A stretch of 61,397 nt of DNA from a virus (IMGVR_UViG_3300017971_000306:1-61397), one strand, 5' to 3'. Counted from the first letter of the stretch, positions 1-9,817 are shown. A program made the numbers and translations. The notes: generated by a model from the letters alone, not told the origin.

Positions 1-1596
1 ATACCAGTCCACTGAATACTCGGAGGAGGACCCCGTGTCCACATTCTCATACAGCCTACACTCCCCGAGGTGGATGCGGATGCCCTCGGCCCCGTTGCCT
101 GTGCCTGTAGGTCCGGCCCCGGTCCCGGGTGATCCCACGCCATAGCCGATGCTCTCACCGTACAGGGAGCGGGTCCAGTTGTCCCCCTGTATCCAATACC
201 GCCAGTCATGGTCCCTGTTCTGTCCGGCTTGGCCGGGAGTATCCTCACTGAAATCGAGATCCGTGTGTTTGTACCATAAGTGCGGTGGGGTGGCGTTATG
301 CCAGTTGATATCGGCCCACCAGTCCTCGTCAAATATGTCCACCAGAGTATCGTTGACCCGGAGAGCCCCGGCCCCCACAAAAGCCTTGTAGCCCCGGATG
401 GTCAGGTGCCCCTCGACATCTCCACCCCCGCTCGGGACCCCTGTTGCGGCCCCGCTCACCTCCCCAATGAAATAGGCCCCTGACACACTGCCCCCACCGC
501 TCCATGGTGAGGAGGTGCCATATGGATCAAGCGGTCTGGGGTCCTCCCCGGTGTCAAACCAGTACTCCCCGAGGGCCACCGGGGCCTGCCAGAACACCTC
601 GTGAGGATCTGTTCCCGCTCCGGTGCCAATGTTGACTCCGTGATAGGCTCCCACCACGTTGCTCTGGTTGTGGAAGTCATACACCTCAAGCCGCTGATTC
701 CCGGGCCAGCTTCCCCACACATCGATGGACTTGTACACGGGCTCCCCTGCGCTGGTTGCGCCTTCCGGGTATTTGGCATCAATGTTGGCCCAGAAAAGCT
801 CACCGTGCAGATAGCTGTTTGTGTCGCTCAACTCCTCGGCTTTGAAGTATGGGACTGCCCACCGCCAATCCCCCACCTGCTCGACATTCCTGAGCTGGAG
901 GACCCCCTTGTGATGGCTGTCATCCGGGTTGTAGTCAATCGTGCTCCGGGACCCGTCAGCATCAATCCACAAATCCCGGCTGTCCGTGTCCGTGATAATG
1001 GATAGGTCATCCAGACACCCCTCATGCAGGACCTCCACTGAACTGAGCTCATCATCCTCGATTGTGAATTTGGAAAGGACCCTGAACACATTCCAGCGGT
1101 CATCCCCTACCGGATCAAATGGCGGGTAGCTGGACGTGGCAAACGGTGTCGCATTGGGGTCCGGATACCAGTTGGTGAAATCCTGCGTGAAGGTGTAATC
1201 CAGTTCAACCCCGGGCCACAACTCCCAGTGCTTCCGGCCCGTGTCCTCCTTGAGATACACGCAGGCATACCATTCCCCGGAGGAGCCTGTGGGCAGTATG
1301 TCTATCACGTTGAAACTTTTGAATTTGTTGGGGTCATCCGTATGGCCTGTGGTGTCATCCTGCGGAGCCTTGGCGATCACGGTTGTGGGGCCGTATCTGC
1401 GCCACTTGCCGCACCTGATAGCCAGTGTCTCCTCATCCTTCTTGAAGGACTGGAAACACCGGATGGGACCCTTGCCACCCCTGTAATCCCGGTTGCGCCT
1501 GCGCTGAGGGGTGACCATGGGCATCCCTTCAACCCTCCGGACCACTTCCCCGATCCTGCGGGCTGAATCTCTGTCGAACATTACGCCATCAGTCAT
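1..1596 (-). CDS. Tail tip/fibre-associated protein, partial (runs off the left edge)
   Basis: Not in the ORF track. My translation from ATG 1596 begins MTDGVMFDRDSARRIGEVVRRVEG and the same frame ends ...RLYENVDTGSSSEYSVDWY at position 1. Starts 1 nt after the upstream stop; second gene after the tape measure. Confidence 0.7.
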   Translation of the reverse strand, partial: MTDGVMFDRDSARRIGEVVRRVEGMPMVTPQRRRNRDYRGGKGPIRCFQSFKKDEETLAIRCGKWRRYGPTTVIAKAPQDDTTGHTDDPNKFKSFNVIDILPTGSSGEWYACVYLKEDTGRKHWELWPGVELDYTFTQDFTNWYPDPNATPFATSSYPPFDPVGDDRWNVFRVLSKFTIEDDELSSVEVLHEGCLDDLSIITDTDSRDLWIDADGSRSTIDYNPDDSHHKGVLQLRNVEQVGDWRWAVPYFKAEELSDTNSYLHGELFWANIDAKYPEGATSAGEPVYKSIDVWGSWPGNQRLEVYDFHNQSNVVGAYHGVNIGTGAGTDPHEVFWQAPVALGEYWFDTGEDPRPLDPYGTSSPWSGGGSVSGAYFIGEVSGAATGVPSGGGDVEGHLTIRGYKAFVGAGALRVNDTLVDIFDEDWWADINWHNATPPHLWYKHTDLDFSEDTPGQAGQNRDHDWRYWIQGDNWTRSLYGESIGYGVGSPGTGAGPTGTGNGAEGIRIHLGECRLYENVDTGSSSEYSVDWY

Positions 1597-1597
1597 A

Positions 1598-2566
1598 TCA
1601 GTATGCGGATGGGAGCCCTATTGGGGCCCAATCCTCCTCCCATAGTCCATGATAAGGCAAATACACCGTTGGATCTCCCTGTCCAATTCTCTGTCCCTGC
1701 AAATTGAGCGGCACGGGGTCCCGGACAGCATCCCCATCCTCATCCCGGATCTTTTTGTATTTGACGAGGTTGCCCGGGCTAGATGGGGTGCCAGAGGTGT
1801 TCTGTCCAGCCTCAAACACGCCCATGTTCGCAATCTTTTTGATCCATGTCTCTGGGTCATACACGATCTCCCACCTGACAGACCAGTAGGGCTCATTTTC
1901 ATTGGTCCAGAGTTTGTCGGCCTTGATATCCCTCATCCATCCTGTCCATTGTTCAAAAGATATGCCGGCAATTGTCGGAGTGTCGTTGCATATGGTGTTC
2001 TGATAGGTCCGGATGTCCTCCGGATCAAAGTCAGCCTGTTTGATATTGCGCTGGATCAGGATCATGAGCAATGCATCCTCGATCATAGCCGGGGGATCAA
2101 AGGGCTGGTTGAGGCTTTTGTTGACCACCCGCACATCGGGAGCGTCCCGAGTGGCCCCAGCCGCTGAGATGGACTGGTTGTATGCATAGGCCTTCTCAAA
2201 TACCCTCTGGCGGGACATGAAAGTGAAGTTGATCACGGGGTCCAGATCCCACGGCTTGTCTCCACCGCCCGGGGGGATCGGAGGCACAAGGACATACGTC
2301 ACAACCACCCGCCACATCTGGCCATCATCCGCTTCCGGCCTCGGCACCACAGTGTCCACCCACAGGTCCGGGCTAGCCGGATGGAGGTCAAACACCTCCG
2401 GGAGCCCGAGGGCCGGAGCGTCATTTATTACCACGAGTGCGTCATCAGTCTGTGTATCTGTCAGGACCCGGAACATGCGGCGCACCTCGGTGGCTTCCTG
2501 ATCCTTCTTGCCACCCCTCTGATCAAACAACTCATCCACTTGTGTCACCGCCATAGTATCCTCCAA
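1598..2566 (-). CDS. Putative distal tail / tail tip protein
   Basis: 322 aa, directly after the tape measure gene; function inferred from position only. Confidence 0.6.
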   Translation of the reverse strand: MEDTMAVTQVDELFDQRGGKKDQEATEVRRMFRVLTDTQTDDALVVINDAPALGLPEVFDLHPASPDLWVDTVVPRPEADDGQMWRVVVTYVLVPPIPPGGGDKPWDLDPVINFTFMSRQRVFEKAYAYNQSISAAGATRDAPDVRVVNKSLNQPFDPPAMIEDALLMILIQRNIKQADFDPEDIRTYQNTICNDTPTIAGISFEQWTGWMRDIKADKLWTNENEPYWSVRWEIVYDPETWIKKIANMGVFEAGQNTSGTPSSPGNLVKYKKIRDEDGDAVRDPVPLNLQGQRIGQGDPTVYLPYHGLWEEDWAPIGLPSAY

Positions 2567-4759
2567 TCAGGCTATCACAACCACATCCGGAGTGGCACCT
2601 GTTGCGGCACCAAATCCTTCCCGGAGTATGTCTGTGTTCTCAGCCATCTCTTTGTTCAATTCCTTCAGTTGCTTTTTCATGTCCTCTTGGATCTTGAGGG
2701 CCTTGTCTCTCCGGCCTGCCCGGATGCGCAACCTGTAATCCTCAATGGACCCCTTTTCAGCCGCCTGAGCAAACACCTTTGTCTGGTCAATATCCCTCTT
2801 GGCCCGGGCCTTGATCTCCTCACCCCTTTCCTTGCCCAGTGCCCGGAGATCGGCTTCAACCTTGAGGGCCTCCTTTTGGGCGTCAAAGAATTCACCCGAG
2901 CCCTTTTGGGCCTTGTCAATCTGAGCCTGTAGCATAGACCGCTTCTGATACAGCTGGTTGATCTTTTGCTGTACCCCCAGCTGGTCAAACATGGCCTTCT
3001 CCAAGGCCTTCTGAAACTCCTCTTGCTTTTTCTTGTCCTCCTCACTCGGAGCAAAAGGAGTGGCTGTGGGCGTGGCTGTGGGCTTCAAGGCCTCGGCCTC
3101 CTTTTTCAGGATGTCCAGCTTGGCCTGTATCTCCTTGATGATGGTGTCGCTCAGGCCCCGCTTGGAAATGGATTGGAGGGCCTCAATCTTGGATTGCAGA
3201 TCAAACTCTGATTTCAGGACCTTCTGGAAATCCTCCCGGGCCTGAGCATCCCGGGCCCACCGAGCCCTGTTTTGCGCCCGGAGATTTTCAAGGGAGCCAT
3301 ATTCAGCCTTGACCCGGGCCAGCTGATCAGCCCAAGCCTCTGCGCTTTCCCGCTCCTGCTCCATAGCCTTCCCTGCGTCCAATCCCAGCTTCACTACCCA
3401 TCCCACAACAGCCGCCAATGCCGCCGCAAGAGCCACGAGGGGATTGGCCGCCAGAAATGCCGCCGCTGTCGCCACCCCTTTGAGCACAGTGATCAAGGTC
3501 CCGAAAGTGCCAATCAGCTTCCCGAGGATCATGAGCCCCGGGCCGATAGCCGCCACCCAAAGGAGAGTGTTGGCAATCACCCGCTTTGTCTCAGGAGACA
3601 GGGCCTGAAACTTTGCTGTCCACTCCTCGATCTTGGCCGCTATCTTGGTGATGGTTGGAATGAGGGCCTCCCCAAGAGCGGCAAACGCATTCACCACTTT
3701 GTTCTTGAGGATGGTCATCTGGTTGGAGAAGGTTTGAAGCTGTTTCTGGGACACCTCATCCATGGTGCCTCCCGCATCCTTCAGATCCTCCCTGTATTGC
3801 CGGATCTTTTCACTGGACCCGATCAACGGGAGAATGGCTTGCTGGGTCCGGGCTTGGAAGCCCAAAGTGGTCAGTGCCGCCGCACGCTGTTCCGTGGACA
3901 GGGAGCCCAGAGCCCTTTCCAGATCCCCGGCTATGTCCGCAAAGGATCTGAACTCACCCTGAGCGTCAAAGATCTGAATGTTCATCTTCCTGAACTCGGA
4001 GGTGTTCCCCATGTAGGCCTTGGTCAGGAGCCGGATGGCCCTGCCAAACATTGATCCGGCCTTCTGCCCCTTGATGCCCTGATCTGCGAAAGCCGCAAGG
4101 ACCGCCACGCCATCCTCTGTATCAATCTTCCACTGGCGCATAGCGGGTCCGGCCTCGTTGGTCAGGGCCTCTGAGAACTGCTGGACCGTGGCATTGGCCA
4201 GAGTGTTGGCCTTGACGAGGATGTCACCGAGCCCCGTCATGTCCTTCATGAAATCCCCTGTTTTCTGGATCTGGGGACCGAGGGCCGAGAAAGCATCAGT
4301 CAGGAGGTCTGTGGCCACAGCCATATCGAAAGCCCCGGACTGGGCAAACTTGGTAACAATCGGAAGGGCCTGCATTGACTCCTGCGCATCCAAACCAGCC
4401 GAGGCCAAGAAGAAATAGGCCTCAGCCAATTCCTTGGCCGCAAAGGTGCTCTCCCCGGACATCTGCTTGGCCAGAGCGGCCATCTGTTTCTGCGTGCCCT
4501 CGGAGACATCCCCCATGATGGCGAGAGATTCAGTCATGGCCTTGTCAAAGTTGGCAAAGGCTTTCACCCCGCCACCCAGAGCAATCGTGATGGGCAGGGT
4601 GAAGCTTGTCGCCATCTTTCTCCCAAAGCCTGAGACCTTCTGGCCGAGGGCCTGAGCCTGTGTCGCCACCCGGGTCATGGTTGCCTGAGCGGTGGTCCAC
4701 TTCCGGGTGAAGTCAGTTGTGTCCCCGGTCATCTTGAATTTCAATGTTCTCTCAGGCAT
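2567..4759 (-). CDS. Tape measure protein (TP901-type core)
   Basis: Ala-rich helical protein with FAAKELAEAYFFLASAG, LADQGIKG-like (FADQGIKGQKAG) and hydrophobic segments; GGAGG RBS before MPERTLKF at 4759. Confidence 0.93.
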   Translation of the reverse strand: MPERTLKFKMTGDTTDFTRKWTTAQATMTRVATQAQALGQKVSGFGRKMATSFTLPITIALGGGVKAFANFDKAMTESLAIMGDVSEGTQKQMAALAKQMSGESTFAAKELAEAYFFLASAGLDAQESMQALPIVTKFAQSGAFDMAVATDLLTDAFSALGPQIQKTGDFMKDMTGLGDILVKANTLANATVQQFSEALTNEAGPAMRQWKIDTEDGVAVLAAFADQGIKGQKAGSMFGRAIRLLTKAYMGNTSEFRKMNIQIFDAQGEFRSFADIAGDLERALGSLSTEQRAAALTTLGFQARTQQAILPLIGSSEKIRQYREDLKDAGGTMDEVSQKQLQTFSNQMTILKNKVVNAFAALGEALIPTITKIAAKIEEWTAKFQALSPETKRVIANTLLWVAAIGPGLMILGKLIGTFGTLITVLKGVATAAAFLAANPLVALAAALAAVVGWVVKLGLDAGKAMEQERESAEAWADQLARVKAEYGSLENLRAQNRARWARDAQAREDFQKVLKSEFDLQSKIEALQSISKRGLSDTIIKEIQAKLDILKKEAEALKPTATPTATPFAPSEEDKKKQEEFQKALEKAMFDQLGVQQKINQLYQKRSMLQAQIDKAQKGSGEFFDAQKEALKVEADLRALGKERGEEIKARAKRDIDQTKVFAQAAEKGSIEDYRLRIRAGRRDKALKIQEDMKKQLKELNKEMAENTDILREGFGAATGATPDVVVIA

Positions 4760-5105
4760 TCTGTTTCCTCCACGCTTGATGCATAGCACGCCATTGTTCA
4801 AATTTCAGTCTGATCTCTCTCTGTGTTCTGGCCTGTACCTTCTTTGGCTTGAACCTCAGCAAGAAATCACCAATTTCAAATGTGCGGCCTTTCCTCCCTT
4901 TCAACATGTTCGCAATTACCATACAGATGAGGGCTGACTGCAGGTCCGATCTCTCCGGCTCCCCGGGGCTGATACGGTTGAAGGCTTCCCACTCCGTGAA
5001 CTCCCGGCTGGACATGCGCTCCTGCAACTCTGCTACTGTGCACCCCCCGATCTGTCTTGCGAGCCTGAACCAGTGCTCTCGTTCAGGCCGCTTTCTGAGT
5101 TTTTT
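4752..5105 (-). CDS. Tail assembly chaperone frameshift extension (lambda gpT/GT-like)
   Basis: The -1 frame from the slippery site reads KLRKRPEREHWFRLARQIGGCTVAELQERMSSREFTEWEAF, a typical gpT-like motif; lies between the chaperone and tape measure genes. Confidence 0.8.
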   Translation of the reverse strand, partial: KKLRKRPEREHWFRLARQIGGCTVAELQERMSSREFTEWEAFNRISPGEPERSDLQSALICMVIANMLKGRKGRTFEIGDFLLRFKPKKVQARTQREIRLKFEQWRAMHQAWRKQNA

Positions 5106-5461
5106 TCCGCTTGCTCCACGGCCTCCTCGCCAATGCCATTCATCTTGGAAGCAACCTCAAACAAGCGGGTGATGACTTCCGAGGACTTGTTGTTCAGTGC
5201 GTCCAGATCCTTCTGGGTGAACAGGGGCTCCCCGGCCTCGTCAACAATCACAAGGGAGAGGAGGAGGGCCTTGAGGCCTCGCACGTCCACCTTGTTGCCC
5301 TGCGTCTTGCTGGTGACGTTGGATTCAAACTCATCCCGGCCTTTCCCGCTCAGGGTCCTCATCAGGACCTTGCCGCCCCACTCGGGCACTTCCACTTCCT
5401 GTACTTGATAATCTGTGACGCCCAATATGGCATCCTTGGTTAGGATCTTTTCAGTTGTCAT
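5033..5461 (-). CDS. Tail assembly chaperone (gpG-like)
   Basis: EVEVPEWGGKVLMRTLSG N-terminus; lies between tail tube and tape measure; EKN slippery codons near the end. Confidence 0.85.
   Translation of the reverse strand: MTTEKILTKDAILGVTDYQVQEVEVPEWGGKVLMRTLSGKGRDEFESNVTSKTQGNKVDVRGLKALLLSLVIVDEAGEPLFTQKDLDALNNKSSEVITRLFEVASKMNGIGEEAVEQAEKNSESGLNESTGSGSQDRSGGAQ
5099..5105 (-). other. Programmed -1 ribosomal frameshift site A AAA AAC
   Basis: Minus strand reads GCG GAA AAA AAC; an X XXY YYZ heptamer in the right phase; a -1 shift lands in the frame of ORF 4752..5027. Confidence 0.8.
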
Positions 5462-5484
5462 GGTTAGACCTCCTGTGTTGGTTG

Positions 5485-5862
5485 TTATGTTATTGTGATG
5501 TCGCCATCTACCTTGAACGTGATCGTGGCCGTCATCCGGTCCTCAAGAGGATCGGAAGGCTCATACCCTGTCACGATTGCGTCAAACGTCCAAGTGGTCC
5601 CACCGCTATCCGGGAATGTGATGACCATAGACTGAGCGGCATCTCCACTGCCGATCACCCATGTTGCTCCCGGGTTGAATGCGACCTCCATTGAGACCTC
5701 TCCCCCGTCATACAGCTTTGTCCCGAGGAATGTGTGCGCATCCACGGTCCCCATAGTGGATGACTGCACTGTCTCCCTGCTGACTCCCGGTGGCGTCAAA
5801 TCCAATATCTCACCAATTGGACTTCCGCCAAATGATACTGTTGTACCTGTGCCGATATACAT
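5485..5862 (-). CDS. Major tail tube protein
   Basis: 125 aa, beta-rich, DGGEVSMEVAFNP...ITFPD...WTFDAIVTGY...TATITFKVDG; upstream of the tail chaperone. Confidence 0.85.
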   Translation of the reverse strand: MYIGTGTTVSFGGSPIGEILDLTPPGVSRETVQSSTMGTVDAHTFLGTKLYDGGEVSMEVAFNPGATWVIGSGDAAQSMVITFPDSGGTTWTFDAIVTGYEPSDPLEDRMTATITFKVDGDITIT

Positions 5863-6224
5863 CAGTCACTCTCCTTTCCTTCTGCTGGCTCATCCTTTTT
5901 GGGGCCAGCTTTCTTTTCCTTGGCAGGGAAGATGAACTCACCCCCCTCACCAATTTCCACTTTCGTGTAATCCCCCTTCTCAAGGATCTCCCATTTGGAG
6001 TGCTTGTCCGGGGCCTTCTGTTTTTCCTCCTCTGTGAGAGGCTTTTTCACCTCCAGTTTCAACACCTTGTTATCCCGGAAGTTGAGCCGGACCTGTTCCC
6101 CTGTTTCAGGGTGGCGATGGTACAGACAGTTCAGTCCCACTGCATTCCACCCTTTGACCAGTCCGGCCTGCCACAGTTTGAGCTTGACCTCCTCAACTGT
6201 TTCCTTTGTTTTGCTCCTCGGCAT
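5862..6224 (-). CDS. Hypothetical protein
   Basis: GAGGAGG RBS before MPRSKTKE; stop overlaps the tail tube start. Confidence 0.65.
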   Translation of the reverse strand: MPRSKTKETVEEVKLKLWQAGLVKGWNAVGLNCLYHRHPETGEQVRLNFRDNKVLKLEVKKPLTEEEKQKAPDKHSKWEILEKGDYTKVEIGEGGEFIFPAKEKKAGPKKDEPAEGKESD

Positions 6225-6326
6225 GTTTCCTCCTCTCTGTTTGTCTATGCGTTTCAAAATCTTGTCGCATACAAAGACACATGAACACCCCCAGTCGTGT
6301 CACCTCGTGGCATCCTCGTGTCTCCT

Positions 6327-6746
6327 TCATGGCCTCTCCTGTCTGTACCCGATGCCGTTTATTGTAAAAGTGTGACGGCCCTGTGAATCCTTGCCGATTG
6401 GCAGGGGCTCCGGGTCCATGTTGATATTGTCATAGTGCGTCTTGTCAATTTTGAACTTGCCCCTGCGGTCCAGAGCCTTGCGGCACTCCTCGATATGAGC
6501 ATGGGCTGTCAGATAGCGTTTGGCCCGGACCCGGAGTTGGAAGCCCGAGTGCATGAAGTGGTCTGCCCCTCCATCCATGACCTTGTCTGCGGCTTCCCCG
6601 GGGGTGTCATAGATCGTGATTGTCATATTGGGTTTGTCGGGCTCCTCACTGATGAAGATTGCCCACTGGGCCGAGGCCGTGCCGGCAAACTCCCCGAGCC
6701 CGTCAGCCACCAGCAGATCTTTTATGTCAACTGATACAGGGTTCAT
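6327..6746 (-). CDS. Tail terminator / minor capsid-type connector protein
   Basis: EEPDKPNMTITIYDTPG...FQLRVRA...GKDSQGRHTFTIN pattern and position. Confidence 0.7.
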   Translation of the reverse strand: MNPVSVDIKDLLVADGLGEFAGTASAQWAIFISEEPDKPNMTITIYDTPGEAADKVMDGGADHFMHSGFQLRVRAKRYLTAHAHIEECRKALDRRGKFKIDKTHYDNINMDPEPLPIGKDSQGRHTFTINGIGYRQERP

Positions 6747-7222
6747 AGCTTGGTCTCCATCTTCACAGCGGCAATAATCTCGGCCTGAGCCTCCTTGGCC
6801 GCATCCTCCAGATATTTGGCCTGCCCCACCTTGTGCTTGGCCTCAAGATCCTCGTGGACATATATGGCATAGGCCGCAGTGTACACCACCTCCACCTCCG
6901 GCTTGAGAACACTCTTGCTCAATCCAGCCTTCTCTTGGCTCACGATCTTTTTGTGATTGGCTTCCATCTTGGCCGCATCATCCCCTTTGAAGTTGGGAGT
7001 GCTGGTGCCTCCTTTTGTGCCCCACAGCGTTGTAGCCGAGGCCTTGAGATTGGCGGTGTCCACCGGGACCAGCTGTTGACTCTTGCGCTGGAGAATCAGA
7101 CCCCCGGCAATCATGCCTTTCAGGGTCCGGAAAGGGACCTTGGCAATGTCCTTGTTCAGACTGTGGAGAGCATCATCCAGCCCTATCACTCTGATTGCGC
7201 CTTTTCCCGGTATTACAGCCAT
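6743..7222 (-). CDS. HK97 gp10-like tail completion protein
   Basis: GLDDAL...LVPVDTANLKAS...YAIYVHE...GQAKYLE motifs. Confidence 0.8.
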   Translation of the reverse strand: MAVIPGKGAIRVIGLDDALHSLNKDIAKVPFRTLKGMIAGGLILQRKSQQLVPVDTANLKASATTLWGTKGGTSTPNFKGDDAAKMEANHKKIVSQEKAGLSKSVLKPEVEVVYTAAYAIYVHEDLEAKHKVGQAKYLEDAAKEAQAEIIAAVKMETKL

Positions 7223-7593
7223 GCCGTCCTCAAGTATTCATCTGCGTTGGGGTCCAATCCATCTGTTCTCACCCGGAGCACCGGGAGCCTGTCAAACTTC
7301 CTGATCTCATGAGCATTGTCGAGGTCCTGCGGGTCCACGCCCGGGCTCGGGAGATCCGTGAGCACACCGAGCATCAGGAAGCCTCCCTCATCCACGTCCC
7401 GATCCGTGTACACGATTGACTTGGTCATGATCTCCTCCCCGTTGGCAGTCCTGATCTGCTCGTTGCTGTCCTCCCAACGGCAGTCAATCTCCACGGGCAG
7501 GTCCACATCCTTGTCGCCAAATCCGTCAGCTGTCGGGTTGGGCCAATACACGGCTTTCTGTCGCCGCATCTTCCTGATGATTGACATTCCCAT
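7213..7593 (-). CDS. Head closure / head-tail adaptor protein
   Basis: QKAVYW...DGFG...PVEIDCRWED pattern and position. Confidence 0.7.
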   Translation of the reverse strand: MGMSIIRKMRRQKAVYWPNPTADGFGDKDVDLPVEIDCRWEDSNEQIRTANGEEIMTKSIVYTDRDVDEGGFLMLGVLTDLPSPGVDPQDLDNAHEIRKFDRLPVLRVRTDGLDPNADEYLRTAWL

Positions 7594-7601
7594 AATTCAC
7601 C

Positions 7602-8042
7602 TCACCAATACAAATACCCGTTGTACAGACCATTCTGTATGTCCTCTGAGCTCACAGGCCCGAGGGCCGACACCGAGGCAGTCACGGCCTGCCCATCCTC
7701 TGCCTGCTTCTGCAGAGCCGCCAAGAAGCCCGTCACATCTAGGACAAGGGCTGTCTGGCCATACATAGTCACATTGAAATTCAGGTCCACCTTGTACTGG
7801 AAGCCTTGACTCACGCTCCCGGCCTTCTCATTACTGACCCGGGTGTCCCGGATAGCCGTGAAGTGCGCCGCCAGCCACCGCTCGATCTCCTTGAGCTCAG
7901 TGGCATCCAATAGGCTCTCAGTGTCCTCGGCCTCAACTCGATCCGTGAGCTTGTTAGCCGGGATGATGAACACGTCCACTATCGTATCATCCAACTGTGT
8001 CTCAAGGATCTCCTTGACCTCACTTGCTGTTACTCTGGCCAT
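7602..8042 (-). CDS. Head-tail connector protein
   Basis: ERWLAAHF...SNEKAGSVS...TMYGQ motif typical of gp6/gp15-like adaptors; start set at MARVTASEV. Confidence 0.75.
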   Translation of the reverse strand: MARVTASEVKEILETQLDDTIVDVFIIPANKLTDRVEAEDTESLLDATELKEIERWLAAHFTAIRDTRVSNEKAGSVSQGFQYKVDLNFNVTMYGQTALVLDVTGFLAALQKQAEDGQAVTASVSALGPVSSEDIQNGLYNGYLYW

Positions 8043-8706
8043 GTTTGCCCCTCCACAATTCTGGGCTGACAAAATCCTTGACAGCCTCGTCATTCCATTT
8101 CAGCCCGAGCCCCTCAATCACTCCCCGGATCTCCGAGAAGTCACCCTCAACAAACTTGGTGGGCCAAACCTCAACCATATTCACGCTCGGGTCCTCTCTC
8201 ATCTCGTCAAAACGCTTCTTGTGGTGGTCAATCCACCCCTGCCATCCCTCGGGCTTGCGATATGCCCGCATGAATCCGGTCCTCATACAACTGTAGATGA
8301 CGTCATCATCCTTGCGCCTGACCACGATCCACTTTGCTTCCGGGAAAGCCTTGTGCCATGTAGGCCACACCAGACAGAGTTTGGCCCCTTTGTAGTACCA
8401 CGGGCCGCTCCGATAGCCCTGAAACTTCATGATCTGTTCAACCTTGCTCCGGAGATTGCCGAGTGGGAGCAGGTGGTTCAACTCCGGGAGGGGCTTTTGC
8501 CCAAGGGGATCTGCACCACAAAGCATCATGTAGGGCTTCACCAGATTGTCCCGGATCTCCCTGTTTTCAAAAAAGCCCTTCTTGTTGGCTCGGCCTCCAC
8601 CCATGACCAGCCTTCCCCCGAAAGCCCCGCAATGGTCTATGATCCCAGCTGTCATACTGGTCCCGGATCTCGCACAGCCTGTTATCAAAATTGGGGCCTC
8701 CATCAT
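8020..8706 (-). CDS. PAPS-dependent sulfotransferase-family protein
   Basis: PILITGCARSGTS 5'-PSB loop, NKKGFFE, FPEAKWIVVRR...VIYSC 3'-PB-like motif; GGAGGT RBS. Confidence 0.8.
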   Translation of the reverse strand: MMEAPILITGCARSGTSMTAGIIDHCGAFGGRLVMGGGRANKKGFFENREIRDNLVKPYMMLCGADPLGQKPLPELNHLLPLGNLRSKVEQIMKFQGYRSGPWYYKGAKLCLVWPTWHKAFPEAKWIVVRRKDDDVIYSCMRTGFMRAYRKPEGWQGWIDHHKKRFDEMREDPSVNMVEVWPTKFVEGDFSEIRGVIEGLGLKWNDEAVKDFVSPELWRGKHGQSNSK

Positions 8707-9350
8707 AGCACCTCCTCCAATTTCACCTTTGGCCACAGGTCCATAGCCGAGTCAGGGTTGCAGTTCAGGACCTCGACATCAGGCCGCTTTTCCTCCAGCT
8801 CATTCCTGAGATAGCGGCCCTGACTCATGAACCGGGGATATGCCCCCGGGTTGGGTGAGCTGATCTCGTTCACATGCCAATTAGCTTCCCCTGACTCCTC
8901 ATCGATCTTCATGTCAAAGCCGAGGAGACACACCCGGGTTGCCCCCAGCTGTACCGCCAAACAGATCCCCGACATGCCTGTGTTGTTAAACCATCCCAAC
9001 TCCCCGGGCTTCTCTCCCAGCCTCCGGATCTTGCGGCGCATCCACTTGACCCTTTGATTCTGTCCCGGTTGATTGGTAATCCCGACATGAGTGGCAGTTG
9101 AATAGCGCATATCCCTGCGGTGTCTGGAGTGCCAGCACATATCCCCAAAAATGTTATAGTCAACCCAAGGGCCGAGCCTGTAGGCATCGTTGACCCCCAC
9201 AACCTTCTTGTTGGAGATGAGGTCCCAGTCAAACTCACGCAAGCTGGGACCTCCTCCAATCACAAACACAGTTTGTCCGGGCCATACTCTGGGAGGTGTC
9301 CAGAATACTGATGGATCAACATCTCGGCCCTGCCAAACACGTGACATCAT
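8703..9350 (-). CDS. DUF115/Maf-like (sialyltransferase-fold) glycosyltransferase-like protein
   Basis: VFVIGGGPSL...VVGVNDAY...NTGMSGICLAVQLGATRVCLLGFDM...VLNCNPDS motifs. Confidence 0.7.
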   Translation of the reverse strand: MMSRVWQGRDVDPSVFWTPPRVWPGQTVFVIGGGPSLREFDWDLISNKKVVGVNDAYRLGPWVDYNIFGDMCWHSRHRRDMRYSTATHVGITNQPGQNQRVKWMRRKIRRLGEKPGELGWFNNTGMSGICLAVQLGATRVCLLGFDMKIDEESGEANWHVNEISSPNPGAYPRFMSQGRYLRNELEEKRPDVEVLNCNPDSAMDLWPKVKLEEVL

Positions 9351-9817
9351 TCATTCCCCTCATCGGGCTGGTATCCGGCCTCAGCCATTGCCTGTGCTCC
9401 GGCCTTCTTCAGGAAGCCATCATTGACAACCTCCTCTGTCTCCACCCCGTCAATCACTTTTACCACGTCCCATCGGCCTTGACCTCTGTGAACGGGCTTG
9501 AGCGTGATTTCAGGCTCTCCTGTGCCTTCTGAGCCTTCCCCATCCTCTCCCCCAGACCCCTCGGTGCCCGTGGCATCCGTGGCACCCTCGGCACTCTCGT
9601 TGCCATCTCCGTCATTGCCCTCATCCGGTCCCGGGCCGGGGTCCTCATCCTCGGGAGGAGGTGTGGCCTTTGTGCGGCCAACCTTCTCAAACTTCTGAGG
9701 ACCAAACTTGTCCACGAGATCCGTGTCTGAAGACACGATGTCGCCAGCCTTAAAGCGGGTGACCTTCTTTCCATCCCTGACGGAATGACTGCCGGCAAGT
9801 AATTTGAACTTTGCCAT
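9347..9817 (-). CDS. Hypothetical protein with acidic Gly-rich linker
   Basis: 156 aa after the capsid gene; stop overlaps the next start. Confidence 0.7.
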   Translation of the reverse strand: MAKFKLLAGSHSVRDGKKVTRFKAGDIVSSDTDLVDKFGPQKFEKVGRTKATPPPEDEDPGPGPDEGNDGDGNESAEGATDATGTEGSGGEDGEGSEGTGEPEITLKPVHRGQGRWDVVKVIDGVETEEVVNDGFLKKAGAQAMAEAGYQPDEGNE

